Source: an uncultured delta proteobacterium (GTDB lineage Bacteria > Myxococcota > Myxococcia > SLRQ01). Taken from it: 64,000 nucleotides of DNA. Below the pieces are notes generated by a model, which saw only the letters and a list, made by a program, of their open reading frames with translations, ran no database searches and was not told the DNA's origin. This document shows, piece after piece, positions 42,286 through 53,189 of the stretch. Position 1 is the first letter of the stretch, and the number at the start of each line of letters is the position of its first letter. Position numbers and translations under genes: made by a program. The stretch is taken from assembly GCA_963727485.1 (NCBI GenBank), contig CAVSGM010000003.1, positions 32,001-96,000 of the forward strand, read 5' to 3'.

Positions 42286-43205
42286 GCCGGCGCACCGGCG
42301 AGCGCCCCGTCCCCCACCCGGCCCAGCGACCCGGCGGGAGCCCCAGCGGCGTCCTGCCCATCGTCCGGGTGGGGAGCCTCGGGTGGACCACCCGCGACGT
42401 CTACGCCCGGCTCCTCCGGGCGAGGTGGCGGGTGCTCCTCGGCGTCCTCGCCGCCGGCTACCTCGCGGTCAACGCCGCCTTCGCCGGCCTCTACCTCCTC
42501 GCCGGTCACCTGGCCCACGGGAGCGTCATCGGCGGCGCCCGCCCCGGGAGCTTCGCCGACGCCTTCGCCTTCAGCGTCCAGACCGTGAGCACCATCGGCT
42601 ACGGGGCGCTGACCCCGAGGGGCCACCTGGGCAACGGCCTCGCCGCCACCGAGGCCTTCGTGGGCCTGCTCTCCTTCGCCCTCATCGCCGGGGTGGTCTT
42701 CGCCAAGTTCGCCCGGCCCTCGGCCGGTCTCCTCTTCAGCGACAAGGCGGTCGTCGCCCCCCGGGACGGCGTCCCCTGCCTGATGCTCCGCATCGCCAAC
42801 GCCCGGGGGAGCGAGGTGGTCGAGGCCCGGGTGCGCGTCACCGTCCTCGTCCGGGAGCAGACCGCCGAGGGCCACCGCCTCACCCGCCTCCACGACCTCA
42901 AGCTGGTCCGGGACACCACCCCGCTGCTGATCATGAGCTGGCTGGTCATCCACCCCATCGACGCCGACAGCCCCCTCCACGGCCTCACCGAGGCGCAGGC
43001 GCGCCAGGAGGGGCTGCGCCTGGTGGTCAGCCTCACCGGCCTCGACGGCCTCTTCCACCAGACCACCTACGCCTACGCCCAGTACGGCGCCGACCACATC
43101 CACTTCGACCACGACTTCGAGGACATGATGAGCCTCCTCGACGACGGCCGGATGCAGCTCGACCTCTCGCGCTTCCACGAGATCAAGCCGGTCTCCCCGG
43201 CCTGA
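42282..43205 (+). CDS. Inward rectifier potassium channel (KirBac family)
   Basis: FAFSVQTVSTIGYG filter, two TMs, FAKFARP, LMLRIANAR, HPIDADSPL, DLSRFH. Confidence 0.93.
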   Translation: MSRRTGERPVPHPAQRPGGSPSGVLPIVRVGSLGWTTRDVYARLLRARWRVLLGVLAAGYLAVNAAFAGLYLLAGHLAHGSVIGGARPGSFADAFAFSVQTVSTIGYGALTPRGHLGNGLAATEAFVGLLSFALIAGVVFAKFARPSAGLLFSDKAVVAPRDGVPCLMLRIANARGSEVVEARVRVTVLVREQTAEGHRLTRLHDLKLVRDTTPLLIMSWLVIHPIDADSPLHGLTEAQARQEGLRLVVSLTGLDGLFHQTTYAYAQYGADHIHFDHDFEDMMSLLDDGRMQLDLSRFHEIKPVSPA

Positions 43206-46200
43206 TCAGTGGCAGACGGTGTCGTAGTCGACGGTGATGGTCGCGCCCTTGGGCGGCACCGAGCTGGCGTCGAAGAGGATCGAGTTCGACGGGGCGTCGT
43301 AGCTCCAGGCCGGCTGGCTCACCTGCGACGCCGTTCACCTTCACCGCGATGCTCGAGACCACCGGGTCCCGGGTGAGGAAGAACTGGGAGCGCTGCCCGA
43401 AGGTGTTGAGCCCCAGGTCGCCCGCGATCTTGCCCCAGTCGCTGTCGCAGATGGAGCGGTTGATGCCGTTGGTGCGGTTGGCCACGTCGACCAGCCTCGG
43501 GGCCTTCACCGCGGTGGCGCCGGTGGGGGTGGTGCAGTCCGCGGGCTTCTTGGTGGCCTCGTCGTAGCCGACCACCGACGAGAAGCTCATCAGGTCGGCG
43601 TTGTGGAAGCCCTTGATGTTCTTGAGGAAGTCCACGTAGTAGTCCACCGTGCCCTTGGACTGGTCGTCCTCGTCCATCACCGCCACCACCACCAGCTTGG
43701 CGTCGTCCCGGAGGAAGCCGCCGTTCTTGGCCGGGTCGTTGATCAAGGGTGGGGTCAGCGCCGCGTGGACCGCCTCGAGCGCCTGCTCGCCGTCGCCCTG
43801 GGCGCCGAGCTGCACGTTGTCGGAGAAGGCCTGCGCCGGGTTGGGGGTCTGGGGGGTGATGATTCTTGGGCGCGCCGTTGCGGGCCTGGAAGTTCCCCGA
43901 CTGGCTGGCGTCGGCCATGTCGTTGCTCACCACCGCCACGTGGTAGTCGGTGTTGAGGGTGGTGGCGGTCTGGAAGAACGACGCCGAGTTGTCCGCGAGG
44001 CTCTTCTGCTTGTCACTCATGGAGCAGCTGTTGTCGATCATGAAGAGCACGTCGACGGTGGGCTGCGAGAGCTGGGTGAAGGTGTCGGTCTGGTGGCTGT
44101 CGGTGGTGCCCTGGCCCTTGAGCGGCACGGTCATGATGCTGGCGTTGGCGGCGTCGGACTCGATGGCCAGCACCGCGTTGTCGGCGTTGGTGCTCGCCGG
44201 CCGGTACTTCACCTTGATCGCGAGCGTCCCGCCGGCGGGGATGGTGGTCGGCATCGGCGGCAGGCTGGCGATGGTGAAGGGCCCGCTCTGCGGCTGCCCC
44301 TTGCCCGGCGGGTCGATGTAGATCGAGGTGACCTTCATCGAGGCGCCGCCGTTGTTGTAGATGGTCACCGTGCGCTCCAGGGAGGCGCAGCCCACGGTGA
44401 TCACCCCGAAGTCCACCGAGGTGGGGATGACCTCGATGTCCGACTGCACCCCCTGGCCCTGGAGGAAGACCTGGTAGCAGCCGGTGCTGCCGCCGTTCAT
44501 CGAGGTGCACTCGCTGCCGTCGGCGTGGGGATCGTCGGTCTGGATCTGGAGCCCGCCGCAGTCGGTGGCCTCCTTGGGGGGCGCGTAGAGGACCGAGACC
44601 AGGCCCACCTGCCCGGGCTTGATGGTGCTGGTGGCGGTGCCGCCCACGGTCACCTGCTGGCCGTTGACCAGGGTGTAGTTGGGGTCGGGCTGGAAGAAGT
44701 TGGTGATGTCGACCCCGACCATCTTGATCGAGCTGACGTGGCAGTCGATGGAGCCGGTGTTCTCCAGGCTCGCGGTGAGGGTCTTCTTCTCCCCGACCCG
44801 CACCGTCCCGAACTCCGCCACCCTGGGGGTGATGCTGAGGGTGATGCACCCGGAGAAGTTGAAGTTGCCCGTGTGCGGCGTCACCGAGAGCTGGCAGGTG
44901 GGGTTGGCCACCGGGGTGCCCTGGAGGGTCACGTCGATGGGGCCCGCGGCGTCCGGGGAGGCGACCTCGAAGGTCCCGGTGTCGGGGCCCGTGGCGTCGG
45001 CGGGGGCGTACTCGAGCTTGAAGGTGACGATGTCGCCTGGCTGGAGGGTGTAGGGCGAGGTGCCCGGCGGGACCCCGACCACCGAGAACTGCACCGCGGC
45101 GCCGGCGGTGACCGTCCCGGTGACCCCGGTGCAGGGGAGCTTGCCGGCGTTGGAGATGGCGAGGACCTTGTCCACCGGGTAGCCGGTGGCCGCCTGACCG
45201 AAGTCGAGGGTGGTGGTGGCCACCTGGAGCTGGCAGCTCGGGGGCACCTCACCCTGGCCGGTGAGGTTGATCCAGCCCTGGGGGACGGTGGGGTCGGTGG
45301 ACTCGAGGTAGAGCCGGCCGTTGAAGGTCGTCGCCGAGTCGGGCTTGAAGTCCACCGGGACCTGCACGGTCTGGCCGGCGGTGAGGCTCACCGGCGCCGA
45401 CGGGGCCCCGGCGCCCAGCTGGTACTGGGTGCTGGGACCGGCGCCGGTCGCGTCCTGGACCGCGAGGGTGGTGATGCTGAGGGGCTGGGTGCCGCAGTCG
45501 GAGAGCTTGATGCTCTTCGTCGCGGTCTGGCCCACGGTGACCGCGCCGAAGTCCTCGGTGGGCACCGGGTCGGGGCAGAGCTTGGGGCCGTCGCCCTTGC
45601 CGGTGAGGTAGATGTCGACCACCGACTGCACCGGGTCGCTCGAGGCCAGCTCCACGATCGCCTGGTGGGCGCCCCCGGCCTTGGGGGCGAAGTGGATCTT
45701 CGCCTGGATCCCCTGTCCCGGCGGGAGGTCGCCGGGGGCGCCGATATCCGCGGGATCGAGGCTGTAGTCCTGGTAGCGGTTGCCGCTCTTGAAGCTCCAC
45801 TGGAGGTTCTTGAGGGGCAGCTGGCCCACGTTGGAGATGGACACCGGGCAGGTGGTGCTGCCGTTCAGGGTCGTGAGGGGGAACGGGAGGTCGAGGTGGC
45901 CGCCGACCTGGTTGCACACCTTCTTGGACACGCAGTCCCCGGCCAGCAGGCACACCTGGATCTTGGGGGCGGCGCCGGAGGCGTCGATGGGGACGTCGAC
46001 CTCGGGGGTCTTGGGGTCGTTGCTCTCGAGCACCAGCTTCCCGGTGTCGGTGCCGATGTTCTGGGGCCGGTAGACCACGGTGACGGTGTCGCAGTCGCCC
46101 GGGAGCAGGATCTTCGGGTCCTTTGCGGTCCGGGCGGCGCCGGTGGCGCAGTCCACCGGGGTGAGCGCCGCGCGGAGGGCGAGCTCGGTCTTGGTGTCCT

Positions 46201-46468
46201 CGGTCCCCTCGACGACCGTGGGATCGGCGGTGATCTTCAGGTTGTCGTTGCCGGCGTTGCGGAGGGTGACGACCTGGTCGGCCTCGGCGTCCACCGCCGT
46301 GGGCGGGAAGGTGATCGACGTCGGGGTGACCTCGATCTTCGGGGCCACCTGGCTGACCCCGCCGCCCTGGCAGTCACAGCCGCCGGCGGCCGAGGCCACG
46401 GCGAAGCCGGCGGCCGCGAGGGTGAGGACGAGCCGGCCGGGACGACGCCTTGCAGGATTTGCGACCAT
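43206..46468 (-). CDS. Ig-like (choice-of-anchor D/ASH) repeat + vWA lipoprotein, paralog A (frameshifts ~43863 and ~43330)
   Basis: AAGGCDCQGG; repeated xDFGxV..xSNxG modules; MIDNSCSM; DEDDQS; ends DYDTVCH; GGAGGTG RBS. Confidence 0.85.
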
Positions 46469-46588
46469 TCGATCACCTCCGTGAGCCGTGCGCACGAATT
46501 GCACGGCCCACCCGTTCCTACCACGCCGGTCTGGCGCGGCGGCCGCGATCCCGGGCCGGGGGCACGGAGGTAAGGCGATCGCCTGGGG

Positions 46589-49500
46589 TCAGTGGCAGAC
46601 CGTGTCGTAGTCCACGTCGATGGTGGCGCCCTGGGGCGGCACGTCGGCGGCGTCGAAGATGACGGAGTTCGACGGGGCGTCGTAGCTCCACGCCGGCTGG
46701 TTCACCTGCTGGCCGCCCACATGGACCACGATGCTCGAGGCCACCGCCTCCCGGCTGAGGAAGAACTGGGCCTGGGCCCCGAAGGCGTTGAGCCCCAGGT
46801 CGTCGGCGATCTTGCCCCAGTCGGTGGAGCAGATGGACTTCTTCACCCCGTTGGTCCGGGTGGCCACGTCCACGTAGCGCGGCCCGGGGTTCCCCACCCC
46901 GCCCTTGCCGGTGGCGCAGCTCGCGGGCTTCTTGGTGGTCTCGTCATAGCCCACCACGGCCGAGAAGCTCATCATGTCGGCGTTGTGGAAGCCCTTGATG
47001 TTCTTGAGCCAGTCCACGTAGAAGTCCACCGTGCCGCTGGACTGGTCGTCCTCGTCGCTCACGGCGATGACCACCAGCTTCGCCTGGTCCCGGAGGAAGC
47101 CGGCGTTGGCGGTGGGATCGTGGAGCAGGGGGTCGGTGAGGGCGGCGTGCACCGCGGCCAGCCCCTGCTCGATGCCCGAGCCCATGGTCCCGAGCTGCAC
47201 GTCGTCGGAGAACGCCTGCACCGGGTCGGCCAGGGCGGCGGTGATGAGCTTGGGCGCCCCGTTCCGTGACTGGAACCGCCCCGACTCCTTGGCGTTGTCC
47301 ATGTCGGTGGTGACGATGGCCATGTGGTAGTCGGTGTTCAGCTGGATCGCCCGCTGGAAGAAGTACTGCGCGTTGCTGGCGAGGTTCTTCTGCTTGTCGG
47401 TCATCGAGCAGGAGTCGTCGACCATCCACAAGACGTCGACCTCGGGCTGGGTGAGCTGGGTGAAGTGGTCGGTCTGGTGGCTGTCGGTGGTGCCCTGGCC
47501 CTGGAGGGGCACGGTCATGAGGTTCGAGTTCTGGGCGTCCGACTCGATGGCCAACACCGCGTTGTGGGGGTTGGCGTCGGGCGGCCGGTACTTCACCCGG
47601 ATCTGGACGGTGCCGCCCCCGGGGACGGTCACCGGCAAGGGCGGCATGCTGGTGATGGTGAAGGGCCCGGACGGCGGCTGCCCCTTGCCCGGAGGCGAGA
47701 GGTAGATGCTGGTGAGGTTCAGGGCCGCCTGCCCGGTGTTGTAGATGGTCACCGTGCGCTCCAGGGAGGCGCAGCCCACGGTGATGGTCCCGAAGTCCAC
47801 GCTGTCGGGGACAATCTCGATGTCCGACTCCACCCCGGCGCCCTGGAGGAAGACCTGGAAGCACCCGGGGTCCGGGGCGGTGTTGTTCATCCCCCCGCAC
47901 TCGCTGCCGTCGGAGCTGGTGTCGGTGGTCTGGACCATCACCAGGCCGCAGTCGATCTGCTGCTTGGTGGGCTGGAAGGCGACCTGCACCTGGCCCACCT
48001 CGCCGGGGTTGATGGTGCTGGTGAGCTTGCCGTTCACCAGAACCTGGGTCCCGTTGGTCGCCAGGGTGTAGGCGGGGTCGGGCAAGGAGAGGGGGAAGGG
48101 CGAGTAGAGCTTCACCCACTTCACGTCGCAGGGGACGCCGCTGGTGTTCTCCAGGCTCACCGGGAGGACCTTCTTCTGGTTCACCCGCACCGAGCCGTAG
48201 GCCGAGAACCTCGGATTGCTGCCGAGGGTGATGCACCCGGTGATGTTGAAGTTCCCCGCCGCCGGGGTGACCTGGAGGGTGCACTGGGGGGTGGCGGTGG
48301 GCGTGCCCTGGAGGGTGACGTCGAGGGGCGAGGCGAGCTCGTTGGCGCCGAGCTGAAGGGTCCCGGTGTCGGGCCCGGTGCCGTCGGCGGGGTCGTAGGT
48401 GAGCTCCACGGTGACGATGTCGCCAGGGTGGAGGGTCCAGGGCGTGGGCCCGGGGGTACCGGTGATGGAGAACTTCACCGCGCTCCCGGTGGTGATGGCG
48501 GCGGTGACCCCGGTGCAGTCGAGCTGCCCGGGGTTGGAGATCGCCAGGGTCTTCTTCACCGGGTAGCCCGGGGCGGTGGTGCCGAAGTCGAGGGTGGTGG
48601 TGGCCACCTGGAGCTGGCAGCTCGGCGGCACCTGGCCCGCGCCCGTGAGGTTCACCCACCCGGACGGGACCACCGGGTCGGTGGACTCGAGGTAGAGCCG
48701 CCCGTTGAAGGTGGTCGCCGAGTCGGGGGTGAAGGTCACCGGCACCTGCACGCTCCCCCCGGCGGTGAGGGCGACGGGCACCGAAGGCGCGCCGCTCCCC
48801 AGGGCGAACTGGGTGCTGGCCCCCTGGCCGCTGCCGTCCTGGACCTGGAGCCTGGTGACCGAGAGGTCCTTCGTCCCGCAGTCGCTGAGGGTGACCTGCT
48901 TGGTCTTGGAGGTCCCCACGTCCACCGTCCCGAAGTCCACGGTGGGCATGGGATCGGGGCAGAGCTTGGGGCCGTCGCCCTGCCCGTCGAGGTTCACCAC
49001 CACCACCCCCTGGTCGGGGTCGCTGGAGGTCACCTCGACGATGGCGGTGTGGTCCCCGCCGGCCTTGGGGGCGAAGTGGATCTTCGCCTGGATCCCCTGG
49101 CCCGGGGCGAGGTCGCCGGTGGCCCCGAGGTCCTTGGGGTCGAGGCTGTAGTCCTGGTAGCGGTTGCCGCTCTTGACGCCCCACTGGAGCTGCTTGAGCG
49201 GCAGCTGGCCCACGTTGGAGATGGAGACCGGGCAGGTGGTGGTGGCGCTCAGGGGGTGAGGGGGAAGGGCAGGTTCATCTGCTGCCCTGGCTGGTTGCAG
49301 GTCTTCTGGGCGACGCAGTCCCCGGGCAGCAGGCAGACCTGGATCTTGGGGGCGGCGCCGGTGGCGTCGATGGGGACGTCGACCTCGGCGTGCTTGGGAT
49401 CGTTGCTCTGGATGACGAGCTTGCCGGTGTCCTGGCCGATGTTCAGGGGCACGTAGACCACGGTGATGGTGGCGCAGGCGCCGGGGACCAGCTGCGTCGG

Positions 49501-49839
49501 GTCGCCGGTGGTCTTGGCGGCGCCGGTGGCGCAGTCCACCGCGTCGAGGACCTGGCGCAGGGCCAGCTCGGTCTTCTGGTCCTCGGTCCCCTCGACGACC
49601 TTGGGGGTCGCCGTGATCTTCAGGGTGTCGTTCCCCGCGTTCCGGAGGGTCACCACCTGGTCCGCCTCGGCGTTCACCGCGGTGGGGGCGAAGGTGATCT
49701 TCGCCGGGGTGACCACGAGCGAAGGGGCCACGGTGCCCACCGAGCTCCCCTGGCAGTCGCAGCCGCCCGCCGAGGCGGCGAGGCCGAAGCCGAGGAGGAG
49801 CGCGAAGAGGGCGAAGCGACGGGGACGAAGATTTGCCAT
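46589..49839 (-). CDS. Ig-like repeat + vWA lipoprotein, paralog B (frameshift in G-run ~49252-49256)
   Basis: Collinear with paralogs A, C and D; MVDDSCSM; SDEDDQS; ends DYDTVCH. Confidence 0.85.
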
Positions 49840-49944
49840 TCCCCTGCGCTACCATCCTCACTGACCAGGGCAACCGAAACCGGTCCCTGGCGGGGGGAGG
49901 TAAGGGAATGCCCGCAAAAGCTGCATTCTCCGGCCCCCGCCGGG

Positions 49945-52900
49945 CTAGTGGCACACGGTGTCGTAGTCCACGTCGACGGTCGCCCCCGGCGCCGGCACCG
50001 AGCCGCTGGCGAAGACCACCGCGTTGGACACCGGGTCGTAGGCCCACGCCGGCCGGGCCACCGCCTGCCCGTCCACCCGCACCCCGATGGTCGAGGCCAC
50101 CGCCGCCCGGGTGAGGTAGAACGCCGACCGGGCCCCGAAGGCGTTGAGGCCCAGGTCGTCGACGATGGCACCCCAGTCGCTGGCGCAGATGGACCGGGCG
50201 ATGCCCCCGGTCTGCCGGGTGACCGAGACGTAGCGGTCCCCGGCGAGGGCCTCGCCGCCCGCCGCCGTGTCGCAGGTCGCCGCCTGGTGGGTGGCGTCGT
50301 CGTAGCCGACCACCGAGGAGAAGCTGGTGAGGTCCGCGTTGTGGAACCCCTTCAGGGTCCGCAGGAAGTCCACGTAGTAGGGCAGGACCTCCGGGGACTG
50401 GTCGTCCTCGTCGCTGACCGCGATGATCACCAGCCTGGCCTCCCGCCGGAGGAAGCCGGCGTTGGCCGCCGGGTCGTCGACCAGCGGCGGGGTGAGGGCC
50501 GCTTCCACCGCCGCCAGGCCCTGCTCGATCCCCGAGCCCGAGGTCCCCAGCTTCGCGTCGTCGGCGAAGGCCTGCACCGGGTCGGGGATCGAGGGGGTGA
50601 TGATCCTCGGCGCCCCGTTGCGGGACTGGAAGCGCCCCGAGGCCTTGGGGTCGTACATGTCGGTGGTCACCACCGCCATCTGGTAGTTGGCGCTGAGCTG
50701 CACCGCCCGGCGGAAGAAGGCCTGGGCGTTGTCCGAAAGGTTCTGCTGCTTGTCGGCCATCGAGCAGGAGTCGTCGATCATCCACAGCACGTCCACCTCG
50801 GGGGCGCCCAGCTGCTGGAAGTGATCGGTCTGGTGGGCGTCGGCGCTCCCCTGCCCGGAGAGGGGCACGGTCAGAAGGCTCGTCCCGGTGGCGGTGCGGG
50901 TCTCGAGGGCCAGGAGCGCGGTGTGGGGCGTCGGGTCCGGGGGCCGGTAGCGGATCCGGAGCTTCACCTGGCCCCCGGCCGGGATCATCACCGGCAGCGG
51001 CGGGAGGCTCACGAGGGTGAAGGGCCCGCTCGCCGGCCGGCCCTTCCCCGGCGGGGCGAGGTAGGCGCTGGTGAGGGTGACCGCGGCGTCGCCGGTGTCG
51101 TAGAGGGTCACCGTCCGCTCCTGGGAGGCGCAGCCCACGGTGATCCGCCCGAAGTCCAGGCTCCCGGGGATCTCCTGGAGGTCCGGGGCGGCGCCCCGGC
51201 CCTGGAGGTAGACCGGGTCCTCGCCGCCGGGGACGGTGGGGTCGGTGGTGCGGATGCGCACCAGGCCGCAGTCGAGCTGGGGGTGGCCCGGGCGGTAGGT
51301 GACCCGGACCTCGCCCACCTTCCCCGGCTCGATGGTCCGGGCCAGCTGGCCGTCGACCAGCACCTGGTCGGCGCCGGTGGCCAGGGTGAAGCTCGGGTCC
51401 AGGGGGAAGCCCGGTGAGACCCCATCGAGGCGCACCGACGCGACGGTGCAGGGGAGGGCCCCGACGTTCTCCAGGCGCACCGGCAGGGTCTTGGGCGTCC
51501 CCAGCTCCACCACGCCGTAGGCGGCGATCCGGGGCTGGGTGGCCACCGGCACGCACCCCTGGAGGTCGAAGCTCCCGGGCCGGGGGGTCACCGAGAGCTG
51601 GCACCCGGCCTCGCCGGTGGGATTGCCGGTGAGGGCCACCTCCCGCGGGTGGCGCAGGGCGTCCCCGTCGAGGGTGAGGGTGCCTGCGTCGGGCCCGGTG
51701 GCGTCGGTGGGGTCGTAGGTGATCCCGAGGAACGCGATCTGCCCCGGGTCCAGGGTGTAGGGCGCAGGCCCGGGGGTCGCCGTCACCGTGAAGCGCACCG
51801 CGGCCCCGGCGGTGAGGGTGGCGGTGACCCCGGTGCAGGGGCGCCGTCCCGCGTTGGCCAGGGCCAGGGTCCGGGTCACGGGAAAGCCCGGGGCGGTCCG
51901 ACCGAAGTCCAGGACGGTGGCGGCGACCTGGAGGAGGCACGCGGGGGGCGCGTCCCCCTCGCCGAGGAGCGACACCGCGGCGCTGGGGACCACGGTGTCG
52001 GAGGTGTCGACGCGGAGGCGCCCGTGCAGCGGCCCGCCGGCGTCCGGGGTGAAGGTGATCGGCACCCGGGTGGTGGCCCCGGCGGCCAGGGGGATCGGGG
52101 TGGTGGGGGCGCCCGGTCCCAGGGCGAACTCGGGGCTTGGGCCCTGGCCGGCCCCGTCGAGGACCGAGAGGGCGGTGACCGTGAGGGGCTCGGTGCCGCA
52201 GTCGGTGAGGGTCACCGTCCGGGTGGCGCTCTGGCTCACGGCCACGGTGCCGAAGTCCTCGGTGGGCAGGGGGTCGGCGCAGAGCTTGGGGCCGTCCCCG
52301 TCCCCGGTCAGGGCCAGTGCCACCCGGCCCTGGGCCGGGTCGGAGGTGGCCACCTCCACGGTCTCCTGGTGGTGCCCGGCGGCCCCGGGGGTGAATTGGA
52401 CGGTCGCCTGGATCCCCTGGCCCGGGGCCAGGGCCCCGGTGGCGCCGAGGCTCGCCGGGTCGAGGGCGAAGGCCGGGTCCCCCGGGCTCGGGTCGGCGCC
52501 CCACTGGAGGCCGTCGAGGGCCGTGGCGCCCAGGTTCGCCACCGAGACCGGGCAGCTCCTGGACGCGTCCAGGGTCGTGGTGGGGAAGGGCACGGCGAGG
52601 GGCTGGCCGGGCTGGCTGCAGGTCTTCACGGCGGCGCAGTCCCCGGGGAGGAGGCACACCTGGAGCCGGGGCGCGTCGCCGGTGGCGGCGAGGGGGACGT
52701 CGACCTCGGGCCGGTGGCCGTCGTCGCTGTGGAGGACGAGGGTGCCCGTGTCGGTGCCCAGGTTCCCGGGCTGGTAGGTCACGGTGACCGTGGCGCAGCC
52801 CCCAGGGAGCAGGCGGGTCAGAGGGCCCCCGGCCCGGGGATCCCCGGTGCCGCAGTCCACCGGCTGGAGGACGTCCCGGAGGCCGAGCTCGGCGAGGGCG

Positions 52901-53163
52901 TCCTCGGCCCCCTCGACCACCTTCGGGGCCGCGGGGAAGGTCAGGGGCGCGTTCCCGGTGTTGCGCAGGGTCACCACCCGGTCGCCCTCGCCGCCCACCG
53001 CCGTGGGCGCGAAGGTCACCGCCGCCGGGGTCACCTCGAGGGTCGGCCCCACGGCGTCGAGGCCCCCGCCCTGGCAGTCACAGCCCCCGGCGGTCGACGC
53101 GGCGAGGCCGACGGCGAGGACGGCGACGAGGCGCCGCCGGGGGCGGTGGGAGCCCGGGCCCAT
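49945..53163 (-). CDS. Ig-like repeat + vWA lipoprotein, paralog C (1072 aa, intact)
   Basis: TAGGCDCQGG; MIDDSCSM; SDEDDQS; ends DYDTVCH. Confidence 0.88.
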   Translation of the reverse strand: MGPGSHRPRRRLVAVLAVGLAASTAGGCDCQGGGLDAVGPTLEVTPAAVTFAPTAVGGEGDRVVTLRNTGNAPLTFPAAPKVVEGAEDALAELGLRDVLQPVDCGTGDPRAGGPLTRLLPGGCATVTVTYQPGNLGTDTGTLVLHSDDGHRPEVDVPLAATGDAPRLQVCLLPGDCAAVKTCSQPGQPLAVPFPTTTLDASRSCPVSVANLGATALDGLQWGADPSPGDPAFALDPASLGATGALAPGQGIQATVQFTPGAAGHHQETVEVATSDPAQGRVALALTGDGDGPKLCADPLPTEDFGTVAVSQSATRTVTLTDCGTEPLTVTALSVLDGAGQGPSPEFALGPGAPTTPIPLAAGATTRVPITFTPDAGGPLHGRLRVDTSDTVVPSAAVSLLGEGDAPPACLLQVAATVLDFGRTAPGFPVTRTLALANAGRRPCTGVTATLTAGAAVRFTVTATPGPAPYTLDPGQIAFLGITYDPTDATGPDAGTLTLDGDALRHPREVALTGNPTGEAGCQLSVTPRPGSFDLQGCVPVATQPRIAAYGVVELGTPKTLPVRLENVGALPCTVASVRLDGVSPGFPLDPSFTLATGADQVLVDGQLARTIEPGKVGEVRVTYRPGHPQLDCGLVRIRTTDPTVPGGEDPVYLQGRGAAPDLQEIPGSLDFGRITVGCASQERTVTLYDTGDAAVTLTSAYLAPPGKGRPASGPFTLVSLPPLPVMIPAGGQVKLRIRYRPPDPTPHTALLALETRTATGTSLLTVPLSGQGSADAHQTDHFQQLGAPEVDVLWMIDDSCSMADKQQNLSDNAQAFFRRAVQLSANYQMAVVTTDMYDPKASGRFQSRNGAPRIITPSIPDPVQAFADDAKLGTSGSGIEQGLAAVEAALTPPLVDDPAANAGFLRREARLVIIAVSDEDDQSPEVLPYYVDFLRTLKGFHNADLTSFSSVVGYDDATHQAATCDTAAGGEALAGDRYVSVTRQTGGIARSICASDWGAIVDDLGLNAFGARSAFYLTRAAVASTIGVRVDGQAVARPAWAYDPVSNAVVFASGSVPAPGATVDVDYDTVCH

Positions 53164-53189
53164 CCCAAAGGGCTACCACTCCTTGGGGA

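Noticed and set aside
46469..49944. Sigma-54 promoters in the adhesin spacers
   Set aside because: No correctly spaced TGGCAC-N5-TTGC match found upstream of paralogs A or B
46589..52657. 2022-aa ORF in the track
   Set aside because: Artefact: its N-terminal half is an off-frame reading of paralog C and the start of B, joined by the frameshift near 49255
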